A DNA stretch of 42,315 nt from Hyphochytrium catenoides (Eukaryota; Protista; Hyphochytriomycota): assembly GCA_900088475.1 (NCBI GenBank), contig FLMG01000782.1, positions 1-42,315 of the forward strand, read 5' to 3'. The notes under the pieces were generated by a model that saw nothing but the letters and a program-made list of their open reading frames with translations, was not told the origin of the DNA and did not search any database. A program made the translations under genes and the position numbers. Positions 14,165-25,801 of this stretch are shown in pieces. Each line of letters opens with the position of its first letter. Positions within the stretch are counted from its first letter, which is position 1.

Positions 14165-17100
14165 TTACATCTGCCGCCTTGAGCCAGACATTCTAATTTG
14201 GTCTAAGATCACCTATCGGGGATTCCAGCCAGCGACAACTGAGAGAACTGTCCATTGACTATAAGTTCTTGCGTAGTCTCACCTCGCTTGCAAGGGCACT
14301 GGGCCTCAGAGGACGAACGATGAAGCTCGACTGACTGCTTAAGGGCTCCACTGACCACTGAAGAAGCTGGGATAAACTCAGCAAGAGCTCCTTTTGTCTC
14401 TTCCTTTCTCTCTCACTAGCGTCGTCCTCCTTGACTTTCAACAGCATATTCCTACGGTGAACGGACATTGTTGATGACCAGCAGAGTTAGAGTTGAGACC
14501 GCTCTGGTCCAAATCCCAGTGTATGAGCCTACCTCATTTTCTTCGCGATAAGGTCTGGTGTGCACTTGTCAAATATTAGCTCTGGGATCAGCTCTCTGTG
14601 AAGAGACGAGAAGCTCGCTTAGTTCTGTGCCCTAGTGCCGATTCTTCATAGAAGTGGCTCATGACCATCCGGTGGGATAGGTAGTTAGCATCTCCGGGAA
14701 ATAGAATAAGCAATGCCTGGGCATGTTGTCCCCAGATTTCACTCTCCCTCCCTGTTGTCGCTTAACTTGTTCTCTATTACTCTTTCCCTCTCTGCAACCC
14801 AGTGTCATGCTCTGCACCCTCTTGCTCTGCCTTGAAACACTGTCTTCCTCTTGTATGCACGCCTTCTCTACCGTTGTGGCAACTCGTGTCCTCCAGTGAA
14901 GCTGAGATGTCTCAATCCGCCAGATGTTGACTGACTGTTCTTACCTGCCGGTCATGATGTTCGGCAGTGAGACATACTTTACAGTTGCCACCCGCTTGGC
15001 TAAAAAGGCAGTAAGCCAGTTGGCCTGATAGAAGCAGAGCGTTGGGGAGAGAGATAACGCGCTCTCCGTCACGGCCGTGCCTGAGTTGGCTAGGACTAAG
15101 TCACAGGCCTATTGAAGGAAAGGGTGTTGAGAACGGATAAATAGAAGAGAGAGAAAAGGAAAACGAGACACCGCCCGTGTGGAAAGAGGACGGGAAAGTG
15201 ACAGGGAGAGACCGTCGCAGGGACAACAAGAAACGGCTATCGCTGAAGCTGTCATCAACCGCTGCGGGGTTTTAAGCTGCCTGACATGCTCCCCAATCAT
15301 GATGTTATCCAAAGAATGACAGACAGACAGAGACAGAGAGAGAGAGAGGAGGCGGGAGATGGACAAGTTGAGAAGAGGGAGCACGGCCACGGCACATTCG
15401 GAGAAGCGCGAAAGAGGTAGCGTTGTCATCTTACATGGAACAGCTTCAGCTTGTCCACGTCCGTTGGCTCTTGGAGGATAGAAGTTGAAGACAAGGGAAG
15501 TGGCCACTCCTTAGAAACGACGAAATCTTCAACGAACTGCGAGACGCTGCTTATAGTGGGAATGACTACTCTAACATCCCTTTCCTTGCATGTTTAAAGG
15601 GGAAAAAAGGAAGACATAGAACAGGACGAGGGAGAGCCTGTCAAATAGTGAGCCTCAGGGTAACTAAGGGTAAGCCAACACTAAGCAGCCAGGCGACGGC
15701 GTCACATAGGAGAGATCTAACGCTACATAACAGGTGCACAGCGAGTTGTGGGAACCTAGTGCATACTCAGGAGATATAGAGGTGGCAGAATGTGAAGTCT
15801 AAAGAGAGTCAGGGCTGGGAGCAAGACCCAGGACTAGAGCGCAAGATTTGAAGAGCGGAGAGAAGAAGAGGGAAGTGGTTCGAGGTTTCCTCACCAGAGA
15901 CGCCTTTAACTGTCTCAAGGCCCCAGCGATGATTGAAAGCGACTTTTTCACCTCCATAAGTCGGCTGAGAGAGAAACATGAAAATAAGACAACGAGCGTT
16001 AGTCCGTAACAGCGGTATCTTCGTGCTATCGCCTAAGGCTTCTCTCTTCTCTCTTCTCGTTGAATTACTCTATGTCTTTTTCCTCTACTCGGGGTAAAGG
16101 TAAGACAAATAACTCTCACTCGTGCCCAATGCTTGACGCTCCGGACCCTTGGCTTGTAAGTCTCTCCCAAATGCTTTACCTTCCTGGTAGAAAAGCAATC
16201 GTGACAGGAGCGGAATCTCCACCGTCTTTCCAGTTAATAGGCCCGTACTTTGAGGGCGGCGCGCTCTCTCCTCGAGGAAGAGAAAAGAGAAAGTCTGAGA
16301 GGGCATCCATCAGTTCTCCTGCTTCCTTCTGGTGAGGGGGCATCCGCGGGGCCCCATGGGGGATATTGGCAGAACATTGTATAAGATCTTGCAGCCTGAA
16401 TGGCAGCATACGGGAAGCGAGAGAAGGGGCTGACTCAGAAGGAAGATTGAAGCCGCCCCAGGAACTCGCTTTGGTTTCCTCTCTATCTGGATCTGGATGA
16501 CCTTCTCGAATGACATCTACAGCGTCCAGCAGGTCCTCAAGGGCTGGATGACCAACAAATGTGGACGACACACCTAGCGGCTTAGGAGGACTTAGCTTAC
16601 CAACGCGAAAGTCGAAGCAATATGACGAAGGATCTGAGGCAGTGAAGCCGACCAGGTAGTAGGATCAAGCACCCAAGTAAATGACACAACTAGACTAACG
16701 TCGAAAGATAATGAAAGGCGAGCCATCGGTTAGATAAAAAAGTTGCAGAGGTTAGCTGGAGGAGAACTACGGGCCGTCTTCCCTTGAAGAAGGGATCAAG
16801 CCGTCCCAAGAGAGAGAAAATATGGGAGGCAGGTGAGCGAGGCCGAGGGCAAAAGAGGAGCACAAGAGACAACGCAGCAGAGAGGCCCATTTAAAGAAGC
16901 ACAGATCAGCAGAGAACATGCTTGACGGAGGAAGAAAAGGTTTGGCCTCCACTTTTTACCTGAAGCCAGGCGCTTTCAAACGGTAGCAGAAGAAGAATGT
17001 GATCCACCAGCCTCTGCAGCTCTTGAGTTTGTCTGCTTCTGAATGCCCAAAGGGAAGGGCTGACATAGTGAATAATGGGAGGACAGGCTCTTCCTTCTCT

Positions 17101-18570
17101 CTCCATCCTTTCTTGACGGCAAAGATCAGAGATTGATTAAGAAAGAAAATAAGGTGGACACATACACATAACAACAGCAAGAAAGATAGAAAGATGACAC
17201 GAGAAATGACCGGCCGGGAGAGCATATTAGCGTACCGCGGAGTTGTCGTATCATCCGAAGGTTGAAGCCCTTGGAATCTATGGTAACTACCGCATCAGGC
17301 CTGACGGAGACAATGTCGTCCACTACTTCTTTCATCCGGCGCTGTGGTGCAGGTAACGTTTAGGGAGAGGGGAAGAGAGAGAGAGAGAGAAGAGAGAGGG
17401 AGAGAGAGAGAGATGCAAAGGGCCATAAAACGTAAACCTTACGATGCTGAGGGATGGGCTAGAGCAAGGAAATGGCCACGTGACGTACCGACGGTGAGGA
17501 TAAAACAGGACCGAAAGTTAGGGAAGAAAGAGAGAAGAGAGAAGGAGGAGAAGATTAGAAATAAGAGGTACCACAAGGAAGTTGGGAAGGATAACGAGCA
17601 ATGTAGGAGATGGGGCACCACTTATTGAGAAGGAAGCGCACAAAAGTGAGATGCAGCTGAGATTAGATGACGGGATAGCGAGGATAGTATGAAACTACAG
17701 GCAATGGATGGACGAGGACCGGTAAGAGAGAGTGGCAAAGGGGAATGTATTCTAGACTCCAAAGAGCCATTTAAACCCGAAGAGGAGCGAGGACCGATAA
17801 GAGAAGAGAGAACAGCGGGCAACACCTTCAGTTTCCATGCCCTGGGCAGAACCTCAGCGATTCCCATGACAGATAACTCCGACATGTCAAAGAGAGAGTC
17901 AAGGCCCTTAGCCTCCATCTGTGGACTGCAGGCGCCAGAAGGCGTGCATGGAACATAAGAAGTAAAGAGAGAGAAACGAGGAGGAGGAAGAGAGCGCAGG
18001 GGAGAGAAAGGAACGAGACACGAGATATTAGCTTAAGCGAGTAAGGCACAAGCCGGAAGCGCGCCCTCTATCGCTTCAAACTGCTAAACTTTCTCCTTAT
18101 TCATGCAGTTAGGTTCGCCGCCCGTATCCACTGTCTTTTATTATTTCTCCCTCTTTTTCTTCTCTCTCTCTCGTCTCGGTCTGTGCTCGCTCACTCGCTT
18201 CCCTTTTCTCTCACTCTCTCTTTCTCATTTCTTCAAATCTCTTCTTCTCTTTCTCCCTCTGTGAGGCTTGGCTCTATTCTTATCTTTTGCTCTCTAGACA
18301 TATGCTCCCTCTCTCGTTATTGCTAAGCACTAGGATGGACTCTCACCCGCCGACTCCTCGAAAGTCCGTGTCGTGAGGAAGTGAAGCCATGAGTTTGCCT
18401 CCAATTCTGTCTCCAGACGGCTCCGCTGCGAAGAGATAAACTCCATACTGCCGTCTTTCCTCTATGCGGATGACACTCGTGTTGCTCCATCTTGCAAAGG
18501 AAGAGAGGTGACAAGAGTTGGCCCGGATCGGCGCTCCGCGATGTGGAAGATGAGGGCAGAAGCTTCTCAT
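14165..18570 (-). CDS. lpxB: Lipid-A-disaccharide synthase (GT19), multi-exon, with an Arg/Ser-rich organellar presequence
   Basis: Exons give VYLFAAEPSGDRIGGKLM..FRGVGG|PQMEAKGLDSLFDMSELSVMGIAEVLP; RPDAVVTIDSKGFNLR; IIHYVSPSLWAFR..VDHILLLLPFE; TFVGHP; IAFLPG|SR; ANSGTAVTESAL..YVSLPNIMTG|RELIPELIFDKCTPDLIA. All hallmark LpxB motifs are present in order. Confidence 0.93.
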
Positions 18571-19116
18571 TGATTGTAAAGCTTCAGAGCTTGCCCTGCC
18601 CGATCCACACCGGTCGTGCTTCTAAAGTCTTCTTAGTTAGACTTCTATTGCCCTCATGTCCGTCGTCAGAAGGCTCTCCTGGTCCGCGGTCGCATCTGTC
18701 TTGCTAGGCGTCTCTCTCTCTCTTTCTCGCCTTCTATCGACGCTCCTCTGCTGGGCACAAGTTCTAGGTGAGCTCTTCTCTGTTGGCAGAGATCTGAAAG
18801 TCGGCTGCGTGCTTTCTACTACGTCCTTTTCTCTCTCTCTCTCTCTCTCTGTGCCTCTCCCTCAGTCTCTCTCTCTCTCTCTCTGACCTCTGTCTCTCCC
18901 TCTGTCTGTCTCTCTGTCTCTCTCCATAGAGTAGAAGCATGCTCTCCCTACAGACAGAACCAAAAAGCCAAGAAACAGCAAACAGGTGTCAGCTTCCCTT
19001 ATACGACAATATCAGGATACATATCAGCACGCTAGTGCTAAAAAGTGTCCACTTTGAAGCCTTCATACTTTATACCCTATCAGAACGAACATATAAGGAC
19101 CCGAAAGTTAGTTTAG

Positions 19117-19126
19117 CCGTTAGCGG
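19117..19126 (+). promoter_or_regulatory. CCGTTAGCGG motif (MYB/MSA-like TAACGG on the opposite strand) in the divergent lpxB/SNRNP48 intergenic region
   Basis: The exact 10-mer recurs at 28984-28993 (+) and 32520-32529 (-). Confidence 0.3.
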
Positions 19127-19391
19127 CTTCCAAAGGATCATCAACTACAAGGAGGAGCGTGAAGAAAAGCGGCCAGGGCTCGGCGGTGGCCATCTCACTT
19201 TAGCGCCTGCACCGCCGCTGCGGAGGACAGCGAGGAATAGGGAAGACAGTGCTTCGAGAGAGGAAGGCAGGTCTTGGTTGGTGCGCATGGGGAGAAAGCT
19301 GCTGCTCTGGACGAGGCAGAGGAGGCCGATGCAAAGAGAGAGTTACCCGGGCAAGAAGTTGGCGGTCAGAGGAAGATAGAAGAAGAGCTGA

Positions 19392-22300
19392 ATGGAGGAG
19401 ATTGGGAGTAAGGATGAGGACTTTGAAGACCTGCAGAGCTTCGTGCAGTCTTCTCTTCTCTTTGCGGAGCAGATGGAGCAGAAGGTAAGATTTAAGGCGC
19501 AGGGATGTCATGCAGAAGGAAGGAACAGAACAAAAATATTGGTAGAAAGAGGTAATGGACCCCACATAATGTGAGAGAGAGATTCTGAGAAAAGAACGCA
19601 CGAGAAAGTGGAGAAGTATGGGAAGAGAGAGAGAGATAGGCGTGGCATGCTAGAGTAGGACCAACGGGGACATAGGAAGGGGATTGATGCGGGCATAGCG
19701 TTGATCGGGCAGGATGGCCTTGTAGCCAAGAAGGCTATTCATTCTTCCAATTACAGTCGTTGTTCCTTTTCTTCTCTCTCACTCCTCTACTCTTCGCTCC
19801 TTTCGCTGCATATCTCTCTCTTTTCTCATCTCTTCCCCATCTCTTTCTCTTTCTCTCTCCCATTGTAGATGTCGTCCCTCCTGTCTGCCTTCCGCTGGAG
19901 CAGGCAAACGGTAGAGCAGGCAGCGGGTCAAGCAGAGCTGCTCTCCTGCCCTTATGATCCTAGCCATCTGGTCCCCGCTGCCTCTCTCGCGCAACACAAG
20001 GTGGTCTCCCTCATCTCTATAGCCCAATATGTTCTGGAGTGCTCCTTCCTGAAAGCTCACTATCGTGCTCTACCGCTCTTCAACTCTTTTCTATCATCGT
20101 TTTTTTCCTTTTGCCACGGTTCCACGATGTGAGACTCTACTATCGGGTGTAGGCATTTGAATGTCTCTGTACGTAAGGGAGTGGCTCATCTCTTCCTTAC
20201 TAGTTCTTCTCTGGGGTGGTCGAGGCCGTCACAGTATCTCACTCTTTATTTTCTCAAACTTCTCGGACGGTGCAGCGGCTGTGCCACGGGGTCAGGCATG
20301 AGAGCTTTGAGAGCCACAAGGTACCTACAGGCCACGGTCTCTGTCTTCTCTCTTGCTACATATGATAGATTAGGAAGTTTGTTACCTATTGTTACTCTTT
20401 TCCTTTCAATCTTTCTCTCCTTTAGTCTTTGTCCCCCTCCTTTAACCTTTCTTTGCTCCCTTATTTTGTCCTCTATCCCTCCGATATTTGTCTCCATGAT
20501 CGGTATCCTCGTTTCCTCTGTCACCGCGTCGCGCGCTGTCCTCTCGGCTGTCTTCTTACCTTTCTTTCGCCACGCTGTCCTCCCGAACCCACACTGCAAT
20601 ACCGTTCGTCCGATCCATCAGCTATTTCCTGTCATATTTTTTCTATCTGAATGGTCGATGGCGCTCACCTGCTCCACTCATGCTTGGCACCTCATTCTGC
20701 AGTTTTTTTATAGCAAAGCTCCTGCGGTAATCACTATGAACCCCCAGGTATGTACCTCTGTAACTCTCAACCTCTGTGTGTTGCCCAGTATCCTTTAGCA
20801 TCTCAGACTGCGGCCTCTCATCCCTGTCTCTCTAAGACACAACCACTATCTTTTGCTGGGACTAACTCTTCTGTTACAGACCGTTCCCGAAGCGGCACAA
20901 AGGGAAGGTGCAAACGCAAGAGATGGAAAACAAAAGCCTGAGTCGGTGAATGAATCTCCTCTATTAGAGAGGGACGATGAAGTTCTAATTGAAGATGAAG
21001 AAGAAGGTGCGCCGATTGCATTCTGAACAGTCCACAGCGCCGTCGTCATCATATTACCTCTTGCAGGTGCCTTGTGTGTACTCTGCTTCTTGGAGTCCCT
21101 CTCTTTTTTTTATGCTCTTGACTCCTTCTCTCTGTTGCACCGGCCCGACCCCTCCCTACTGAGCCTTCGTGACTCTATAAACTCTACCGATGCAGATGTG
21201 CCGCTATCATTGATCGATAGGGGTACCCCTCCGTTGTCAACATTCCCGGTAGAGGATGGAGTTTCTCCCTTTTTAGGGCCTTTCCTTTGCGTCTCCCTCT
21301 CGAGGCTACAGAAAGAGATGGGATCATGGCGGTGGGTCATTTGCACCTTCCTTAGGATCCTGCTCTTTTTAACCATTCGTCTGCACCGAGTATCACTCCA
21401 ACCTATTTGACTTCCCACACTTGATTCAACTGTTAATCCAATGGCTTCTTTTGTGTGGCGTTCAGTATGGACTCCCTACCTCGCGTTTTTCTATTGCTGA
21501 TAACTCGCAGCCTCTCCTGGTTGGGTTTGATATAAGCTTGCGGCCTCTTCTGGTTGCCCCTGATATCAGCACAGGCTTCAACCTAACACCTAAGAAACGC
21601 AAGAGTTCTGCCACTCTCACTCTGCTCCGCCTCTCCGTTGAGTTGATTGAATCTTGATTGAGTTATCTCGCCAGCTAATGTGGAACGCACAGACTCATAC
21701 CACAAGCTTTTGAAAGACTGGAGATTGAGATCTTGGATCAAAAGAAAGTGATGGGGTGGCTCATCTCTGAGATGGACAGGTACCAGAGCAAAGGACAACA
21801 GACTTTAAGAATAGAGTTAGCGACAACAGATACTTTATACCAGTTTCCCTGCCGAACAGTCTGCCGCCTTGTAACCTCGCTCTCACTTTCTACTTCTGCG
21901 GTTCATCGCTCGCCGCGCCACTGGCTCTCTTTCCTCACTTTGCTTGCGTCAGGACGCTTCCTCCAGAGCAATTTGACATGGACTTGGTGGAGTATGTCCA
22001 AGGGTTACTCTCTCATCCATTGATGAACACTCCGGACCCCCTCGCAGCGGAGCTCAAAGAGTTCTTAGGCACCATCACAAGGGTATATCCCAGTCAGATA
22101 ATGTTGTTCTTGCCTTCTTGAACACCTTTGAAAAAACCGTTCTCTGCCACACTTGTCTCGACACTCTCGTCCATAGTGGGCCTTTTCTGTTCTTTATCTA
22201 GAGTATGTACCGCTTTATCGACGAAGTTGACTCTGGACACTTTATGTACCTTCTCTTCCTTCTTCTTCCGACTCCGCGACCTCACGCTCTCTCGTCACCC

Positions 22301-24592
22301 TCTCTGTCTCCCCTGCCACCACTTACTCTCTGCTCCATTCGTCCTTTCCTCTTGCCTGCGTCTGCCGTGCGTGCTGCACGGCCTTTCCTTCCTTCTGTCC
22401 TACCGGATTTTGCAGCCTTTCGTCTTTCGCCTCTGGAAGTACCTCATCATGGCTGTTGGTCTCAGATATCAACACTTGGGAAGGGTAAGCTATAGTACCA
22501 CGTCTTCGCATTTTTACTGTTATTGTACTTAGGATCCTTGGGCGCTCTCCACTCCTTCTCGACGATTGTTGTTGCTTAGCTCATTATATTGCCTGTCTTT
22601 CTGCGGCGGAAGGATAGGTTCTCATGTTTCTTCATGGATAGATCCCTCAATCAGAAAATGGAAGAGGAGAAGACAGAGCAAAGGTTGAGAGAAGCGGGAC
22701 AATGAATGCAGACTCTGAGACGACTACTTCCCAAAGGGAGATGCCAACTCCACTCGATCGGTTAGATGAAGAGCTCATCAGGCCATCTGCTAAGCCAGTA
22801 GAAGGAGACAAAGAAAGTGAGAAACCGATGGAGCAGACCACCACCTTTGTGGTGGACTATAAGAGAAGACGGCCACGTTATAGGGGCAAGAATACTCATC
22901 TCACGAAAAGAACCCCAGTCCAGGTTAGTACATTAGAAAGAAGAAACTTCTGATTAAGGACAGATAAAAGAATGGGAGGGGCTCACTAAGAGGTAGACAA
23001 GTGACCATCAACCGCAGCAAATGACTAGTGTGCGGCAGTAGTTGGTTTCTAGCGCTGGTAGAAGCGCGTTCAGCTGACATCCCTTTTAGGTTCTACGGGA
23101 CTTGATTCACGCCAGCATGGAAGAGCTTAGAGGAGAGTTCGAGGTTATCGATGGTGAGACTGAAGGGGAGAGTGACGATGAAGAACAAAAAGAAAGAGAA
23201 GTGGCCAAAGACAAGCGGTGGGTCCTCCCTTTCTCCTTGAATCTTACATTTCGACTCTTTCTCTCTGGTTTTTCATCTAACAGTGCAAGACCTTCTTAAA
23301 TAGTCTAGGTCAGTTCACGTCTTTGCATGACATTCTAGTCGTTAACTCAGCTTCCTGTGGGCTCCCACCTCTTCTCTTTCTCCCAATCACCGCGATAGCT
23401 CTCTAAGTGGTTGTATGTGGTTCCGGTCAGGTTTCATGAGCTGCTGACACGACTAAACGACCCTTTACTGGTGAGTCTGATTAACTTTGACAACTTTGAC
23501 AAAGCACATAATCGAAGGAAGTGAATAATCGTGTGGTATAGGTTCGAGATCTTGAGAGATACCTAGAGGCGCCTTCATTCTCAATGCTGGACAGAGGAAG
23601 AGACTTAAGAAGAGTGGCCGAGGAGCTCTTGAGACTCCAAAGAGGAGAAAAGGTACCTATTTACTTCGGTTGCCCCGTCACGGGTTTCACCTTGGGCTTC
23701 CCTATACCCAGCGCCGCCCTTCACAACCCTTTATTTCATTCTCCATTTTTCTTCCCTTTCAGCATCTTCGATTCAGTCGAACAGTAAGACTAACAAGTGA
23801 ACGCATCTCCCCTTATCGACAGCCCGACACAAAAGTTTCCGAGAAGAAGCCTAGATCGGATGCCGAAAAGGCCCGCGACGAGTTCGACAGAAGAAGAGTT
23901 GCAGCTGATGCGTCAAGGAGAGATTGGGAGAGGTAACAAAAGCATCTCTTCTTGATGCTCCGACAAAGTTCGGTTCCTAAACTCCAGTATGACGTAGGTC
24001 TTCCGAGAGAAGATTGCGGGATAAGGAAGGGGACACGGAGAGAAACCGATGGGGAAGGAGCCACTTCAAGACTGACGTCCAGCAGCAAGAGCATCCTGCT
24101 ACTGATAAAGGATTGACGGCAACGAGGAGAAAAGACGATTACCATGAACTTCCGAGCAGCATGGCCCTGGACGCCGAGGAAACCACAAGAAGACAGAGGA
24201 GCCCGAGCCACGGTCGCTCTAGGAAAGAGGCAATAAGAAAGCGAAATAGCCGAGACCGATCGTTTGAGAGAGAAAAGAAGAGATTTAGAAGCCGACGCAG
24301 CTCTGAGAGACCACGAAGCAGATGCAGAGATGAGCCATCAAGTCGCAATAAGGAGAGGGGTGACTCGAGGCAGAATGTGGAGGAGACCGCTGTACAGGCC
24401 AATAGAAGTCAGGAGAGCAGCAGGAGCTACCATCACCCGAATGCCAGTAAACACGAAAGAGACAGAAGCAGGGGCAAGGATAGGAGAGAGGACCGAAGAA
24501 ATGACAGAGAAAGCGGGCGGGGGCGCAGTCGAAGTCGAAGCTCTCGAGAAGAACGGTCACGACGAAGCTACAGCCCACGGAGGAGGGTGTGA
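19392..24592 (+). CDS. SNRNP48: U11/U12 snRNP 48 kDa protein (U11-48K) with CHHC zinc finger, PWI-like domain and C-terminal RS-rich tail; multi-exon
   Basis: Spliced CPYDPSHLVPAASLAQHK|RLC is a C-x5-H-x9-H-x3-C CHHC finger, followed by FFYSKAPAVITMN. The block VDYKRRRPRYRGKNTHLTKRTPVQ|VLRDLIHASMEEL matches the conserved U11-48K motif (human RDYKRRRQSYRAKNVHITKKSYTEVIRDVI, recalled). The RS/RE-rich terminal exon ends ..RSRRSYSPRRRV*. Confidence 0.9.
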
Positions 24593-25801
24593 GGTCCCAA
24601 CTAAGTATATTTATTGAGCTTTCAGCCCTGGCTTGCATGGCCACTACGGGGCGTTGAAGTGATGCCTGTCTCCCTCCGAGTGTTACAATTTGCGTCAGTC
24701 CTCATTCGTCCCTCAAGAAGCTATAGCCTGCTTATAGAGCTCAATCCCGGCGGCGAGCTGGGTCTCTGCCCACCGCGAGCCTTTGTCATGCTCATGCTCA
24801 AACTCTGACAGAAGCGCTTTAATGATCCTCCTCTTGCCAAAGAATATGCCCCAGGAGAGTCTTCGCAGAGCTCCACGGGGGTAGTGGAGGCGCGTAAGCG
24901 GTGCTTTTTGCGGCTGACGAGACCGGTGCAGCACTGGCCTGATCGCCATCGCTCTTGTACGAAGCACGCCGAAGGCGAGGGAGAAAGCGAGTGTAGAGTT
25001 CATTTCTCAGGCGCAGAGTGCCGTTTCGCGTTGGCCTGAGTACTTCCAGAGCTCCTCCAGGATTCGTAACACACCACCTTTCTGAAGCGGATGAAATAAT
25101 CAGGGGAGTATTCCGCTGAAGGGGGTACAAAAGGAGTGAAGAACTGTGAAAGAATGAAATCCTTCGTTTCAATAGCTTTCATTCTTCATTGTGCGGCAGC
25201 TCCTGGACAAAGTGAGACGAGCGCAGAAAATTTTGGGAGGCAGGGCAGGCTCATCAGCTGGTCGGGACCATGTGGAGCTCTGAGCTCTCTGATGAAGCTT
25301 TTAGTTCTTCTTGAAGCCTGGATGTTTGCTGGGATAGATGAGCGAAGGTGGTGATGCAAGAGTTTGCTTCACCCTCTCATCCATGTTGTTTGGCAGAATA
25401 GCCTTGCTTCCACGCTGTTTAGGAGCGGCCTTAGAGCTTGAAGGAAGAGAACTAGCTCAGTGTTAGGTGTAAGAACGGACTGTGGTTGAGCGCTAAGGCG
25501 GATTCTGGACAGGGATAAGAAGGACGAACTTGTTGGTTGCTGTCCTAGGGTCCCTCTGACATTCGGGAAGTCATTACAACGTATTCTGGCTTGGCAGCTC
25601 TTTGAAAGAGCTTGCACATCTCGCAAACGGCACATTCAGTCTCAGGTGGAGTGAAAGGAGACCTAAGCACTAGATTACCCAAGAGAAGCATAAACCGACG
25701 ACCGATATCCCAAGCGGTAGAAGCACGCCATTTCTGGTTCTACTCCTCAAACTAAGCCTCGTCCAAACTTTAGCCAGGAGGCACCCTCTCAAGGTTATGC
25801 G

